Shown here: in pieces, positions 13,495 through 26,900 of the stretch
Position numbering within the stretch: the first letter of the stretch is position 1
Layout of the letters: the number at the start of each line of letters is the position of its first letter
Source of the DNA: Selaginella moellendorffii
Lineage: Eukaryota > Plantae > Lycopodiophyta
NCBI RefSeq assembly: GCF_000143415.4
Contig: NW_003314265.1
Location: 2,311,181-2,375,180, forward strand
Direction of reading: 5' to 3'
DNA length: 64,000 nt
Program-made: the position numbers and the translations under genes
Notes under the pieces: generated by a model
The model's database searches: none
Told to the model about the DNA's origin: nothing
What the model saw: the letters and a program-made list of their open reading frames with translations, nothing else

Positions 13495-14725
13495 GTGCTA
13501 CAGCATGGAACTTATAAAGTTCATCTTGCAAAGAACACTTTGCGAAGTGCAAAATACTTAACTTATATAATGGATTGTACAGATATGCATGGCTTGCAAA
13601 CTTTAACTGTATATGGTGATTCATCCATGTGTGCACGATTATGTAATAAATTTATGGTTGGCAAATGTTTCTCACTTACAAGGTTTGTAATTTTTTAAAA
13701 AAAAATTAACAAGATTATAATTCTCTAACTTCAGATGGGTTGAATGACAGAAAAACCTAGTTTACCACCATGGAACTTCAGGAAAAGTTCTTTATATTAC
13801 AGATTCTTCCATCATTCAAATTATAGATGATTTTGATGTTAAACTAAGATTACAACCAACTAGAGGTGCTTCTATATCATCTTTAATGGCTACTAGAGTT
13901 TATCCACAAGCTATACATGTTGTTGTAATCAACACTGGTGTTTTTCCTAAAATAAAGATTGCTTCTTCTGATAATCCTTTGGACATAACTATGGTAATGT
14001 TTTTTCCAATCTAATTTTCTATTTCTAAGATATTTTTCACAGCTCTATATGCATCTGGAGCATGAAGAGCAGTATCATCATATTGTAGCAGATTTATATG
14101 CTGGATATATGACAAATTTTTTATTTTTTAATATTATGAAAAACATGAGTGTATCAGGTGATTTAGCAACACTTGGAAGTACTTTATTTTTGCCACTAGT
14201 TGATTCAAATGAAATTCAAAGGCTCAATGAAGTTTATAAAATGCACCGTGGCTTCACTTCTAAAGACAAGGTAATGTAAATTGTTTATATGTCTTTCAGC
14301 TCTAACTTCCAATTATATAGATTAGTGGATATTTCATCTCTGACAACTAACAAAGCCTCACTTAAGCTAAAAGCCTTTGCTCATTTTGCTCTTTCACAAT
14401 ATTAGAGCAGAAAGAAGATGGTTTTGTTGTTTGTGCAAAGTGTAAAGGGTGTTCCATCCCTTGTAAATCAGCTAAAATAACTGGTTCTATTATATCAAAT
14501 GACATGATGGAATACAGAGTTACAGTGCATGATAAAATGGTGGATAAAATTTATAATTTGGATGAAGGGTCTATGGTCAAGTTTGCTATGGAGTCCCTAG
14601 AAAAGATTGTTGTTTATCTGTCTTTAAAACCAACGGGGTTCTTTCTATTGAATGAGGCAAATATTATTGTCCATGTTGAGACACCAAACAATTCAGCCAT
14701 GGAAATTGCCAACAACCAGAAATAG
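13495..14725 (+). pseudogene. RPA70-like OB-fold ssDNA-binding protein, spliced and decayed (probably Helitron-borne)
   Basis: Exon 1 CTDMHGLQTLTVYG...NKFMVGKCFSLT resembles the RPA DBD-A pattern. Short GT-AG introns at ~13684-13735, ~13994-14043 and ~14271-14320. CAKC motif near 14432 in the last part. In-frame TGA in exon 2. RPA-like genes are known Helitron passengers. Confidence 0.5.
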
Positions 14726-16672
14726 ATCCACTTGTCTCTTGTCTATTTTTCAATTTCTTTCTCTATAATACAAATATCTATTTTTGAAATCTTGTAGTGC
14801 TTCTCTTAACAATTTATAGATTTCAAAGCACACAAACTAGCAATCCCATAGCAACTATTCACAAGATTGCTGCTGATTGCATTGCACAGCAACCTGAAAT
14901 TCGCAAGAGAACTAATATGCAAGAAACATAAGCTGCCTCTGAAAGCCCCTCTCAGGTAATCTACTACTTTAACATTGTACGCTTAACACTGAAATCTAGG
15001 AAAATGATCATTGTACATCTGGATAGGGAGTTTCTTGAGGACTTCAGAGAAGGTGGGTGAAGGATGTGGCGTATTGCTTTCTGTACTAGATGCTAAGCCC
15101 CATCTTGCAGTAAATGTGCAAGGAAATAAATGTGAAAGAGCTTGAATCATGAGCAATTCCAAATTTCAGGTTTGTTGCTGATTCGTTTGTTGAACTAGAT
15201 GCTTGAAGTTGTACGCTCTTGTAGTGCTCTTGACAAAAGGGTTGGAAAACCATGGTTAAAATCACTGTGGCAATCAAAAATTTGAGCCAGGACTCGAATT
15301 TGAAAAGTGTGAAGAAGCTGTCTAGCAGACAGGATCTAGAAAGCATACCATTAGTGGCAGAACTTCATTGTATGCACCTTTTATTCGAATCATATTCTCT
15401 TGTAGCATCAATAAAATGCTAATAGCAATGGCACTTCACATTGTGAGTACTTTATACTTACGCTAAAGTTAAATCTTTCAAGGGGGACCTTCAGAGACAT
15501 GGACATGGTCATTAAAAGTCCTTGTATCTTTGACATATCTTTGTCATGGAGCTTGTAGTTCACTAAACTAAGACCCTTGTCACCCAGTGAGGCTTCTGAA
15601 TGACTGTGCTCCTACTGGATAGCTTACAAAAGAAAAACAAAGCAGCTTAGAAGAAAGTTAAATGGGAAGGCACATATATATCAAAGGTTCGCTTTGGTTC
15701 TTGGCCTTGGATATCCATCTCTGGCAATGTTGAGCTCTCCTTCACCCTGTAGTAGCTCAAAAGAAATCCTTTCAAGTAGAACCTGCATCAAGGTATATAA
15801 AAACAATGTCCTAATGAGAAATAAAGTTATAAACTACTTCAAACCATCTTTGAGTTATTGACTTTTCAGGGACTTATCATTGGACGTGTGAGGAGTTTTT
15901 CACAGCCAACCTTGATACCAGTCTCCATGGCGAGAACAATGTTACTTGTTTGTGGAGTCATCCTGCCTGGTCGAAGATATCTTGCTCAACATTTTGAACA
16001 ACTTTCTTTGGACTCGGATACCATCTAGGGCTGCCACTGTTAGTAGAGCTTGAAGATGCTCTCACTACGGATTTGTAATAATGAAAATCTTCTCTCTAGG
16101 CAGAAGTAGAAGTTTAAGGCGCTGGAAGAGCTGCTGCATCATAGGATTCAGGATGACACTGTCCCTACATTTTTATGCTCTGGTATAATTTTTGAACCTG
16201 CAAACCCAAAAGAAAGAGATCCAGAAACAATACAATCGAGTAGGTAGTCAATTACCTAAGACGAGTCTAGTACTTGTGCTCATGTTTCTCTCATGGCAAT
16301 AGATAAGCCCATTTTAGGTCCATTCAAATAAAGACTTAATATAGCTTTAGGGCATAAATGGCTTTCAATGGAATAACATTGAGAAGTAAGTAAAAGATTT
16401 TTGATTGTTTCTACTGGTCTAGATTATTAATTATCACACAAAGTTGTTGATTGAAAGATAGAGAATTAATACTTACTGAAAGTAGGCTAAAAATAGTCCA
16501 TTCAATTCAATTGTTGAATCTCTTTAAACAATCTTGATCAACTAAAGAATTATAGAGAAAACTAATCTGGATGCACCCACCTATCCAGTGGGTGTAAGAT
16601 TGCCCTTGTTTAATGTGTCATCATCAAGGACATCAAGGGCAATAAGGGCATCTAAGTATAAAGGGCAAAATT

Positions 16673-19600
16673 ATGACAAAGAGAAAATTTGAATGGACAG
16701 AACTTCCAGATGCAAAATTATTATCAACTCAAGGATCTGCAAATAAAAAAGCAAAAGAACTAAAATTCAACCATAATATTGATTTAACTGAGCAACAAAT
16801 TGTTTCTAGATACTATTATTTATCAAGAAAGAATAAAAATGAGCAAATAAAAACTATTAATATATTGAAAGAAAAATATGAAGAACATACTTTACAAAAA
16901 AAAAAAATATACAACAGAAGAAGACAAAATACTTATGGAAACTTGGAACTCACAAAAACAAAAAAAATGAAAAAATAAATATTTTTTGACAAAGAATAGG
17001 GAGTACTATATCAGATGAAAAACTTAAAAGAAGAGTATATTATATTAGAAGAAAAGAAAGGAAAAAACTAAAAGAGAAAGAACAAGAAGAAAATAAACAT
17101 GACATGAATAATATAAAAAGTATGAAAGCACTACAAGTGTATAATGAAGCTATAAAGGATATACTGATACATCCATGTAAAATATGCAAAATACTTTGGT
17201 TTAAATATAATAAAAACAAGAATATGCATGCAATCAATTCATAACAAATAAATAAAAATATAAAAGTCCAGAAAAAATTAGAATGAATCAAATTGATCAA
17301 TATACAGAATAACTAAATGATATTGAAGAGAAAATGCTAGTTCTATGTATTTTATTTGCAAATATAACAATTCCAAATCAACCTCAATATCAACAACAAA
17401 TAAAAGGAGGAATAATAAATGTCCCAACTAATAGTAAACCAATAATCAATAAACTACCAAGAACATTTGAAGAAACACAAACAATAACAAATCAACTGAA
17501 ACTAGCTGATAAATATTATTATAAATATGGAATAGCCAGATCACATTATATTTATAATAGTATAAAACAATTACAAGAAACAGAACTATATAAGAAAAAT
17601 AAAAATAGATGAAAACTGGTTTCAACAAGCACAAATTTAGACAATATAGATAATAACACACAAATAATATTAGAAACGAATTACAACAAGAATTAAATGA
17701 AGATGATGAAAGTGTAAATTTGATAAGCAACCTTGATAATGAGATATTACGAACAGTTACTATGGTAATTAGCTTCTTAGATGCAAATCAAATAAATAAA
17801 TTTACAAATGAAGTTTTAGTTATAGCACCTAGTCAAGGACAACACCCATTAGGATTATTTGTAGATGAAAATGCTGAAGAAATGGCATATCCAAAATTAT
17901 TTGGTGGAAAACCAAGACCATTAGACATAAAAAGTAAATTTACATACCAAGAAATAATCTAATGGGGATTAATGAATGAGGATAGAAAATTTGCATGATA
18001 TATTGAACATATATTTACAGCAGCTGTAAAAACTGAAATCAAATTTGTCAATCAAAATGCAGGTTTAGATTAAGAAAATTTACTTATGAAGGAAGAAAAA
18101 TCACATCGGAAGATATGCTTGAAAATGGAAATATGGATAAAATATTAAATTCAAACATAGGTTTTAGAGATTTAAAAAATCTAAGAACATCACCAAATAA
18201 TTTAGAAGCACTAAAAAAAGATGTATTTGCCATGATAAAAGAATTAGGACCATCAACACTATTCTTAACTCTTAGTTGTTCAGAAAGACATTGTGAACCA
18301 TTAATAAATTCTTTAAAACATTTAAATATAGATATATTACAACAAGAAGAGATAGAAAATTTAAATGAAAAAGAGAAAATATATAAAATACCAAGAGCTG
18401 ATTCAATTACCACAATATAATATTATACACATAAAACATCATCACATATTTGGAAGGAAAGTAAAAGACTATGTATTTATAACATAATTTCAACAACATG
18501 GTACACCACATGAACATGCACTAATATGGTTAGAAAATCCACCACAAACATTAGAACAAATAAAAGAATATGCTAATGAAAATATATGTACTAATTCAGA
18601 GAAACTACCAAAAAATATAAAAGATGTTCAAACTCATAAATATAGAAAAAACATGTAAGAAATATAAAAATATAAATTGTAAATTTAATTACCCAATTCC
18701 TTCGATGCCACAAACAGAAATCTTAGAGCCTATAAAAGACATTACAAAACATGAAAAGGATTCTTATACAATAATTTTTATAAAAAAAATATACTAGAAG
18801 ATAAAGCTATAATCTAAACAATTTAGAGTTTGATGAATAATGAAAACTAATAGGAATAACATATGAGAAATATGGAGCTACAATAATATTGACATTAACA
18901 AATACAAAAAATATATATAAATGAAAACCAAAAGAGATAAACACAAGTACTTTTAATAACAAATTATCAAATTTGTGCCAATCAAATGTAGATATACAAA
19001 TAATTCTTGATCCATATGCAGCAGCATCATATTGTTTATTATACATTGCATATATTGAAACACAAATAACAAAGACATTATGAACTGTATTTAAAAAATG
19101 CCAAGAAGAAGGAACAAATGCATTTAATAGAGTTTGGTTATTTGGAAATAGCTTCATACGTGGTTGGAAAATGCTAATTCAATAAACATTTTTTTTAATA
19201 TTCTTAATCCCATTTCATTATATGTGTAGAACTGTAAAGTTCATTCATACTAAACCACAAGAACAATGAATAAAACGTTTAAAAATGAAACAAGACATTG
19301 CAAAAATGTAAGAAGATGAAACAAACATAGCAGTACCTGGACTAATTGAAAAATACATGCAAATACCAGAAGAATTAGAAGATTTAACATTAACAGAGAT
19401 AACAAATAAATATATAATTGAAAAAAGAAGTAACAACACAAAATATAAAAAAAAAACATAATTAGATATATAAACTTTAGTAAAGAAAAAGATCCATAAA
19501 AGTGGGTGTTAGGCACCAGGTCAGGAGAATAGGATAAGAAAAGGGCCCTGCAATCAAGTGATCACCCCTTTAGCCAGTTGGCTTAGGGTGTAAGGGATAG

Positions 19601-22360
19601 GATCCTAACAATGGTATCGGAGCCCAGTTCGATTCTCGTGGCTGACGAGTGGGGCAGGAATATTCTGAAGGAATATTCAACATGGTGGATATAGAGGGAG
19701 AACCAAGGTTTGGTAGACCCTAAGAGAAGGACCATGGTGACCAGATGGTGGCCTAAGTATGATCGCGGACGATCATTCCCTGACGAGGGGGAGGATTGTT
19801 AGGCACCAGGTCAGGAGAATAGGATAAGAAAAGGGCCCTGCAATCAAGTGATCAGCCCTTTAGCTAGTTGGCTTAGGGTGTAAGGGATAGGATCCTAACA
19901 GTGGGTTTTTGAAAGATTAATATTACATAAAAAATTTAGAAAAGAAGAAGATCTTAAAGAAATGTACATAATATATATGAATGCATATAAAGAAAATATG
20001 GAACAAATAGATGAAAAATAACATCAATACATATATAAAAAAGTAACAAATCAGAGTGAATTTGATTGGGAGTATCCAGAACAAGAAGCAAATAAAATAT
20101 TAAAAGAACAAGCACAGTATATACAAGAAATAAACACAAACCAAACAGATGAATTTGATATAGGGAAAGATTAATTCAAAATGAAAAATAACAAAAACTT
20201 AATTTTAAATATAAAAGATAAAGTTCTAACAAATACAACAATTATAATAAAAGGTGAATACCTAATGGAAACTAGAAAATATCACCAATTATTAAGAACT
20301 CTAAATAAAAAGCAAAGAATAATACATGATGACTTCATATTGAAAAAAGTAAAACAACCTAACAAGCAGTTGTGCTTATTTTTAACAGAAAGAGCAGAAA
20401 CTGGAAAATCAATGCTTTTAAATACACTTATAGAAACATTCAAATGATATTACAAAACAAACCAAGATATAAATAATGAACCAGGACAAACAGTATTAAT
20501 AACAACACCTACAGAAAAAGTAGTAATATTAATGGTTCAACAATATATTCAACTTTTGCATTTGACCAGAAACACCAAAACAACGTCAAACAATATTAAC
20601 AAATGACACATTAGATAAATATAAGAAAAAGTTTTCAACAATAAAATGTTTAGTAATAGATGAAATATCAATGGTAAGTATAGAAATGCTACAAGATATA
20701 AAAAGAAGATGTGGAAGCTTCAAAATAACATATGAAATAGACTTTGGTGGGATGGATTATATATTTACAGGTAATTTCTATCAATTAAATCCTACATTTG
20801 AAGCACCAATTTATTCAATAAAAACATATAGACCTGAAAATAATGTCTTCATACACCACCCATGGAAAAATAATTTTAAAATCTATGAACTTACTGAAAT
20901 AATGAGGCAAAAAGATGATATAATCTTTATAAAAGCTTTAAAGAAAATAAAAATAGGAGAACAAATAGATAAAGAGCTAGAATATATAAATAAACAAGTC
21001 ACCACAGATACATATAACACGGAATACTATTCTATATTTGCAACTAATGAACAAGTAAGAGAACATAATGAAAAACTAATACAACACATACAAGGTAAAG
21101 ATATAATTATAGAAGCACAAGACAAATATAGAAATTCATGTCCTACACATTTATGGTTGCTAGATGCCACAAGAAAAACACAAGGACTATATCAAATATT
21201 AAAATTGAAAAAGAAAATGCCAATTGAAATAACACAAAATATAGTAACAGAAGATGGATTAGTAAATGGAGCAGATGAAGTATTACAAGATGTAACCCAG
21301 ATTAAAGAAGAACAAATAATGTGGATAGAATTCCCAAATATAAAAACAGGTGAAAACAAAAGAGCTAAAGAGAATATAACAATAAAACAAAATAATGAAA
21401 AAAATGGACACAAATATAAAAAAAACAAGAATAATAAATATTACTAAAAATAAAAATTATGTTATAAGTAGAACTCAATTTCCAGTACAACCATGCACAG
21501 GAAAAACAGTACATAGAGCACAAGGATCAATAGTTATGCAATTAGGATATGACCCATATAAAACAAAATATCCAGAACAAGCATATACAGCATTAACAAG
21601 AGCACAAACAACAAAAGGTATATATTTATATAGACCAATTGAACGTAAACATATTAAAATCTATAAAGATGTAGCTAAAGAAATAATACAAATAACAATA
21701 GAAGCACCATGGCAAAGTTATTTAATAGATTTACAGGAAGAAAAAATAGCTAGCCAAACAATTATACAAGTTCTAAATACAAGATCTATTACTGCACATC
21801 AAGAAAATAAAGAGTGATTCACAATTATTAACATCAGATATAATATGTATTCAAGAAGTAAGAACACAAAAACATGAGGATTTATATTTTAATAAATATA
21901 AATCATATATACATGAACAACCCCCACATATAGCAATATTGCATACAAATGACTATAAATCAGAAATAGTAGAACATTTAAAAACAGAGACAATGGCAAT
22001 GTCATATGTATCATTAGAAAAAATAAAAAACAATTACAGATAATAAATTTACATAGAAAACCTGGAACAAATATACAAATATTCATAAAACAACAACAGA
22101 TATATATACAGAAAATAGATAATAAAAAACCAGTAATAATTAGAGGAGATTTTGATATTGACTACCAAAAAGAAGAAGCAAAACCACTTCAAACAATAAT
22201 GGAGAAAGAAGGATACATACAAATAATAAAACACAATACACGTAATAATAAATTAAAAGATCATATATGGATAAAAGATATAATATATACAAAAGCAGGA
22301 ATAGCACCTGCATATTGGACAGATCATAACAAATTATATATCGTAATAAAAAATATTTAA
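16673..22360 (+). pseudogene. Helitron/Helentron Rep-Pif1 helicase-AP endonuclease, copy A, many stops and frameshifts
   Basis: N-terminal GQHPLGLFVDENAEEMAYPKLFGG; Rep motifs GPSTLFLTLSC and QHGTPHEHALIW (HUH, ~18494). Pif1 motifs ETGKS, DEISMV, GNFYQLNP, LTEIMRQKDD, GLVNG, RTQFPV..TVHRAQG, AYTALTRA. Endonuclease motifs LNTRS, DIICIQE, GDF, DHIW, WTDH. Element termini not identified. Confidence 0.9.
19507..19900 (+). mobile_element. TRIM (394 bp) inserted in the Helitron ORF
   Basis: 104-bp LTRs 19507-19610 and 19797-19900 (TGTTAGG...CCTAACA), PBS TGGTATCGGAGC, PPT GAGGGGGAGGA, 5-bp TSD GTGGG. Confidence 0.97.
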
Positions 22361-22839
22361 AAACAAAAGCTAACTAAGCATTGTTGCAACACAACACACA
22401 GCAATTTTATTTATTCATTATATTGAAATAGTTTATCTAAGTTTTATATTAATAATTAGCTATCTTAAATAATCAAGTAAAAAGAAATAAACATGAAAAT
22501 TAGAGCTCTTATAATAAATTGAATATAATTTTTTTTCCTATTTAAACTTAATTTTTTTAAAAAATTAAATTATCTTATTAATGAGATATTCTGAAGTGTT
22601 TTTGATAAATTCATACTAACTACTTTACCATTTTCTAATCTATTTAGTTTGAAGAGTTTACAATAAAATTTTGATCTATTATACCTACTCTCAAGATATT
22701 AAATTTTTAGATATTCATCTTCTTTATTTTCTTATGTTACAATCTTATTTCTTATTTCTTATACTAAAATTACCTATAACTTTAAAAGATAAATATTAAT
22801 TTTAATCTGATTTTTATGCTTTTGAGTTAGAGTTCAATA

Positions 22840-23317
22840 CCCTGCCTGTTCATGCTAAGCCAGTATTTTCCAGCGACCAAACTCGTATTTCCACATTCTT
22901 GTCCAGGAAGGAGAGTATCTGTTGGGAAGTCAAAACTTTGCCAAATCCTGTCCGAGCTACGGTCAAGCAGGACAATGTTGCAAATTTCTTCCAAGGACGC
23001 GGTGGTGATAGAACAATTCTCACAGTGGACAGGTCATATTGTCATGAGTCCGGTTCCTTTAAGCTCGAGCTCTCCAGGTTTGCCTACTTTGATCTTTGGT
23101 TTCTCAGTCATGCTACCGTTCTTGATGAGCGCTTCAGTGGCCTCCCATACTACTGTTCCTGTGCTTGAAGCCAGATTGCGAGAGTAAAGAGCTCACCAAT
23201 CCCATCGCTTGTGTGGAATCCAAATGCAAAAGTGTTGTTAAAGCTTGTCTCCCAGTCCAATCCCCTTGCAAGGGCCAGGAGCATCAGTAGAACTAGCGTC
23301 ATTAGTTTTGCCACCAT
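22840..23317 (-). pseudogene. Bulb-type (G-type) lectin / S-domain gene 5' fragment, copy A
   Basis: Signal peptide MVAKLMTLVLLMLLALARG and TFAFGF; after a frameshift, TVVWEA...WQSFDFPTDTLLPGQ. Truncated against AT-rich DNA. Confidence 0.8.
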
Positions 23318-23956
23318 CAGGAGAAAAACTTCTTGTTCTTTCTCCTGCAAATGAAACTCACAAGTTAGAAGAAAGTGAACTCTGAAAGCTATTTGATTTT
23401 GACTTGGTCGATGTCAACTACAAGATATCCTCCATGATTTCTCATATCCTTCTGATTTTTGCTACGAATTCATGGCATTAAAAACCACACTACTATTAAG
23501 CAAACCAAACATTGCTACATGCAACGCATAGCAATTTATTATTACTATCAAATCCCTATTATTTATTCTTACTTATTAATCCAATTGATCAAATAAACTT
23601 TATAATTATAAGCATGTTTGTAATTTATAAACACAAGATTAACCTTATTGCATATCAACCATTAGATGATAGAATAAAAAAGAATATACTAGAAAGGGTT
23701 TAAGAAATTTTATAAATTATAAATATAAGATTAAACTAAATGAATAACAACTGTTAGATGGTAGAATATCCTGGAATATCCAAGCATATTTTAGGTATAT
23801 CCACTACCATCCCAGTCCCCTTACAGATTTTTTTAAGCAAACTAATAAAAAATTTAATATAAATATACATTATAAATTAGAGGATGCTAACTTAAATAAT
23901 TAATATAAATACTAATTATTAAATTTTAAAATAAGACAAAACCTCTATTAAATAGC

Positions 23957-26900
23957 TTTGGACTTCCCAGTGGTCAGCTCATCACCCAACACTAGGTCTG
24001 GCCTACCTGGGCCAAACAGGCCTTTCCTGGCCAAACTGGCTCCACTAGGCTCCAACCCCCACACTCTCCCTACTATACTTTTGGTACCCCCCCCCCCCCC
24101 CCCCCTTGGGGGACGATCGCTTTGGGCTTTCACCCAATTGCCTGTATTAGTATTCGGACTCGGACTCGGACTCGGACTCAGACTCGGTCTCGGTCCCGGA
24201 TTTGGACTCGGACTTGGTCTCGGTCTCGATCTCGGTCTCGGTCCCAGTCCTGGTCTCGGTTCCATCTCGGACTCTATCTCGGACTCCACCTCGGGTCCAT
24301 CTCGGACTCCACCTCGGGTCCATCTCGGACTCCATCTCGGGTCCATCTCGGACTCCATCTTGGGTCCATCTTGGACTCCATCTCGGGTCCATCTCGGGCT
24401 CCATCTCGGGTCCATCTCGGACTCCATTTCGGGTCCATCTTGGACTCCATCGCGGACTCCATATCGGACTTCACTTCGGGTCCATCTCGGACTCCATATC
24501 GGACTCCACTTCGGGTCCATCTCGGACTCCATCTTGGGTCCGCCTTGGACTCCATCTCGGACACTTCCACGTGTCATGTGTTGGTCCTTTCGGGTCCCTT
24601 TTTAGAGCCTCGCTGATGGCTCGCTTCGTGCTCATTCCTCGAGCACTTTGTTGGGAGTTCCACTCCCACTCTCGACCTTTCAAGTCGGAGCTTTTAGTCC
24701 AAACGTGTTACGCTCGTTTGGCTTTCGCTTCGGCCACTACCACGTGGCGCCCTTCCAGCTCCACTTTGGGGCCTAGGGATTTTGTGTCTCACAACTCCAC
24801 CACCCATAGACGAAGTTCGATGTCCTCATCGAACGGTAAACCATTTTATAAAGTAACACCCGCATGTGTTACCATTTCCATCCTTGGCACCTAGCTAATA
24901 TTTGTCAATGGTTTGACATTGAAGGCTCACCATGCCTTCTCCATATTCGTCAATGGTTTGACATTAAAGGCTCACCATGCCTTTTGCATATTCCTCAATG
25001 GTTTGACACCAAAGGCTCACTATGCCTTGCCTATCCTCTAAGGAGGGTAGTCTCTCCAACTTAGAGACTGATTGGACCACATGTAGTGGTTCTCTCCTTT
25101 TATTGGTTTAGTTCTCGCTAAACCTCTTAGAGACCCTTCTCTAAGTCAATCCCACTACTCCTTCTCGAGTAGTCTCAATTTCCATCTATTGAACGTTGCA
25201 CCTTGGAACTTTTACTCTTTTGACTTTTGGAAGTCAATTTCCTAGGTGTCTCCAACACCTTGCATTGCACAGATTATGTAACTCCACTTCCCCATCCTAG
25301 GAAGTTCATTACTTGAGGGCACCATCATCCTCTGTTCTATTTCGTGCCACCTTGGGCACTAAGTTCCATTTATCATACTTTGTACTAGGGCTGTCCATGG
25401 CCCTATCATTTGGCTACCTTATCGCTCCCTCCCTTGGAGCTTCCACTTTCGCCAAATCGGAGCAATTCGGAATCCATCTTTGGAAACACACTTCCTTTCC
25501 CGCAATTTATTAGCATCCAACACATTAGTGTTCCTCGTCTAACTTTGTCACTTGGATTCCTTCCAAGGGATTCCACGGCCCTATCTTGGCCACTCATCTT
25601 TTGCTCCTATCCGTTGATTGTTGTACCAAGCAACATCAAATCTCTACCTCCCTCCTTGAGGTATTCTTTTGATTCCATAACAAAGCCTCTGTTTTGCCAA
25701 GACTAGGGTGTTCACCTCTAGTAAGTCTCTTTAGCATCTTCTGCTGTGGGCTCTATCCACGGCCCAACTTTGTGACCCTCCTATGGGTTTCTTTAGAGAC
25801 TACTTTCCTTGGACACACTATGCCATCGCAATGACATAGCTCATTTCCCTAAGGTGCTTTTCCCACTTGGTCACCTTGACCAAGCCACACCATCATCAAT
25901 AGTTCAAATCAACACTTTGAATTAGGAACCTTATTCCTTAACCCAAACAAGGACCTTGTCCTTATTTAGCCACAAGATCACCTAGTGATCTCACCTCGAC
26001 ACCTTAATAGGTTTGCCAATAGGTACTAGGTCTTCTAGACCTTTAACTTGTTAACTACGACCCCGGGGACATCCCCCACACTTGGCAGTGCGCCCAAGCT
26101 AGCCCTTCCGGCCAAGGGTCTATAGCAACTGAGACTGGGTGTCCCCATCTCATTCACCACATCCTTGGTACCACTAGCACCAAAGTGTTCAAGTTAGATA
26201 TGCTGAGCCACACTAAGCAATCTAACCGTGCATCACGACTTCGGGGCATCCCCCGCTTGGCGGTGTGCCCAAGCCAATATCCTCATTGAGAGTCCATGAC
26301 CACCGAAATATGAGTGTCCTCATATTCCAAACCATCACCACGCCCTAGTGATTTGGGACTCGAACCCAAGCACTAGAGGGTCGGGACTCGAACCCAACCT
26401 CCGTATATGCATCTACGGACAGCATCACCTAGGATGCCTGGTGTGACTCCCCACGCCAGTGCACCAACTTATACTTAAAACGCGCTATAGATCACAGTTT
26501 AGGAACCTAGTTCCTCCCCACTGCCAAGTCCTCTCACTTGACAAGCCTGTGATCATGCATGGACTCCTCCATGCTTGGCTCCATGGCCCACCCTTTTTGA
26601 AGTTATCACCTTCAACTAGGGTATTTGTTCCCCTGACTTGCCAATCTCGCTTTGGCAAGTCCTACAACCACTGTAACATGGTTCTTGCACAAGCGTGAAA
26701 GCCCTTGATCATCGACTTTTGTTCAAAGCCTTCTCTTTGAACACTCGGGAACTACTTCCCTAACCTTGATAGCCTTGCCTCATGGCAAGCTTCAAGACCA
26801 TGCTTCTGCTATGCCACTCTAATTTCGCGCGTTCCTTGAACTATTTATGCTTGGCCTTTCTAGGTACTAAGCTACCTAGAATCCTCTTTGGGAACCTTGA

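Noticed and set aside
19507-19900. Cassandra (5S-bearing) TRIM
   Set aside because: No recognisable 5S rRNA A/C-box sequence in the 104-bp LTR.
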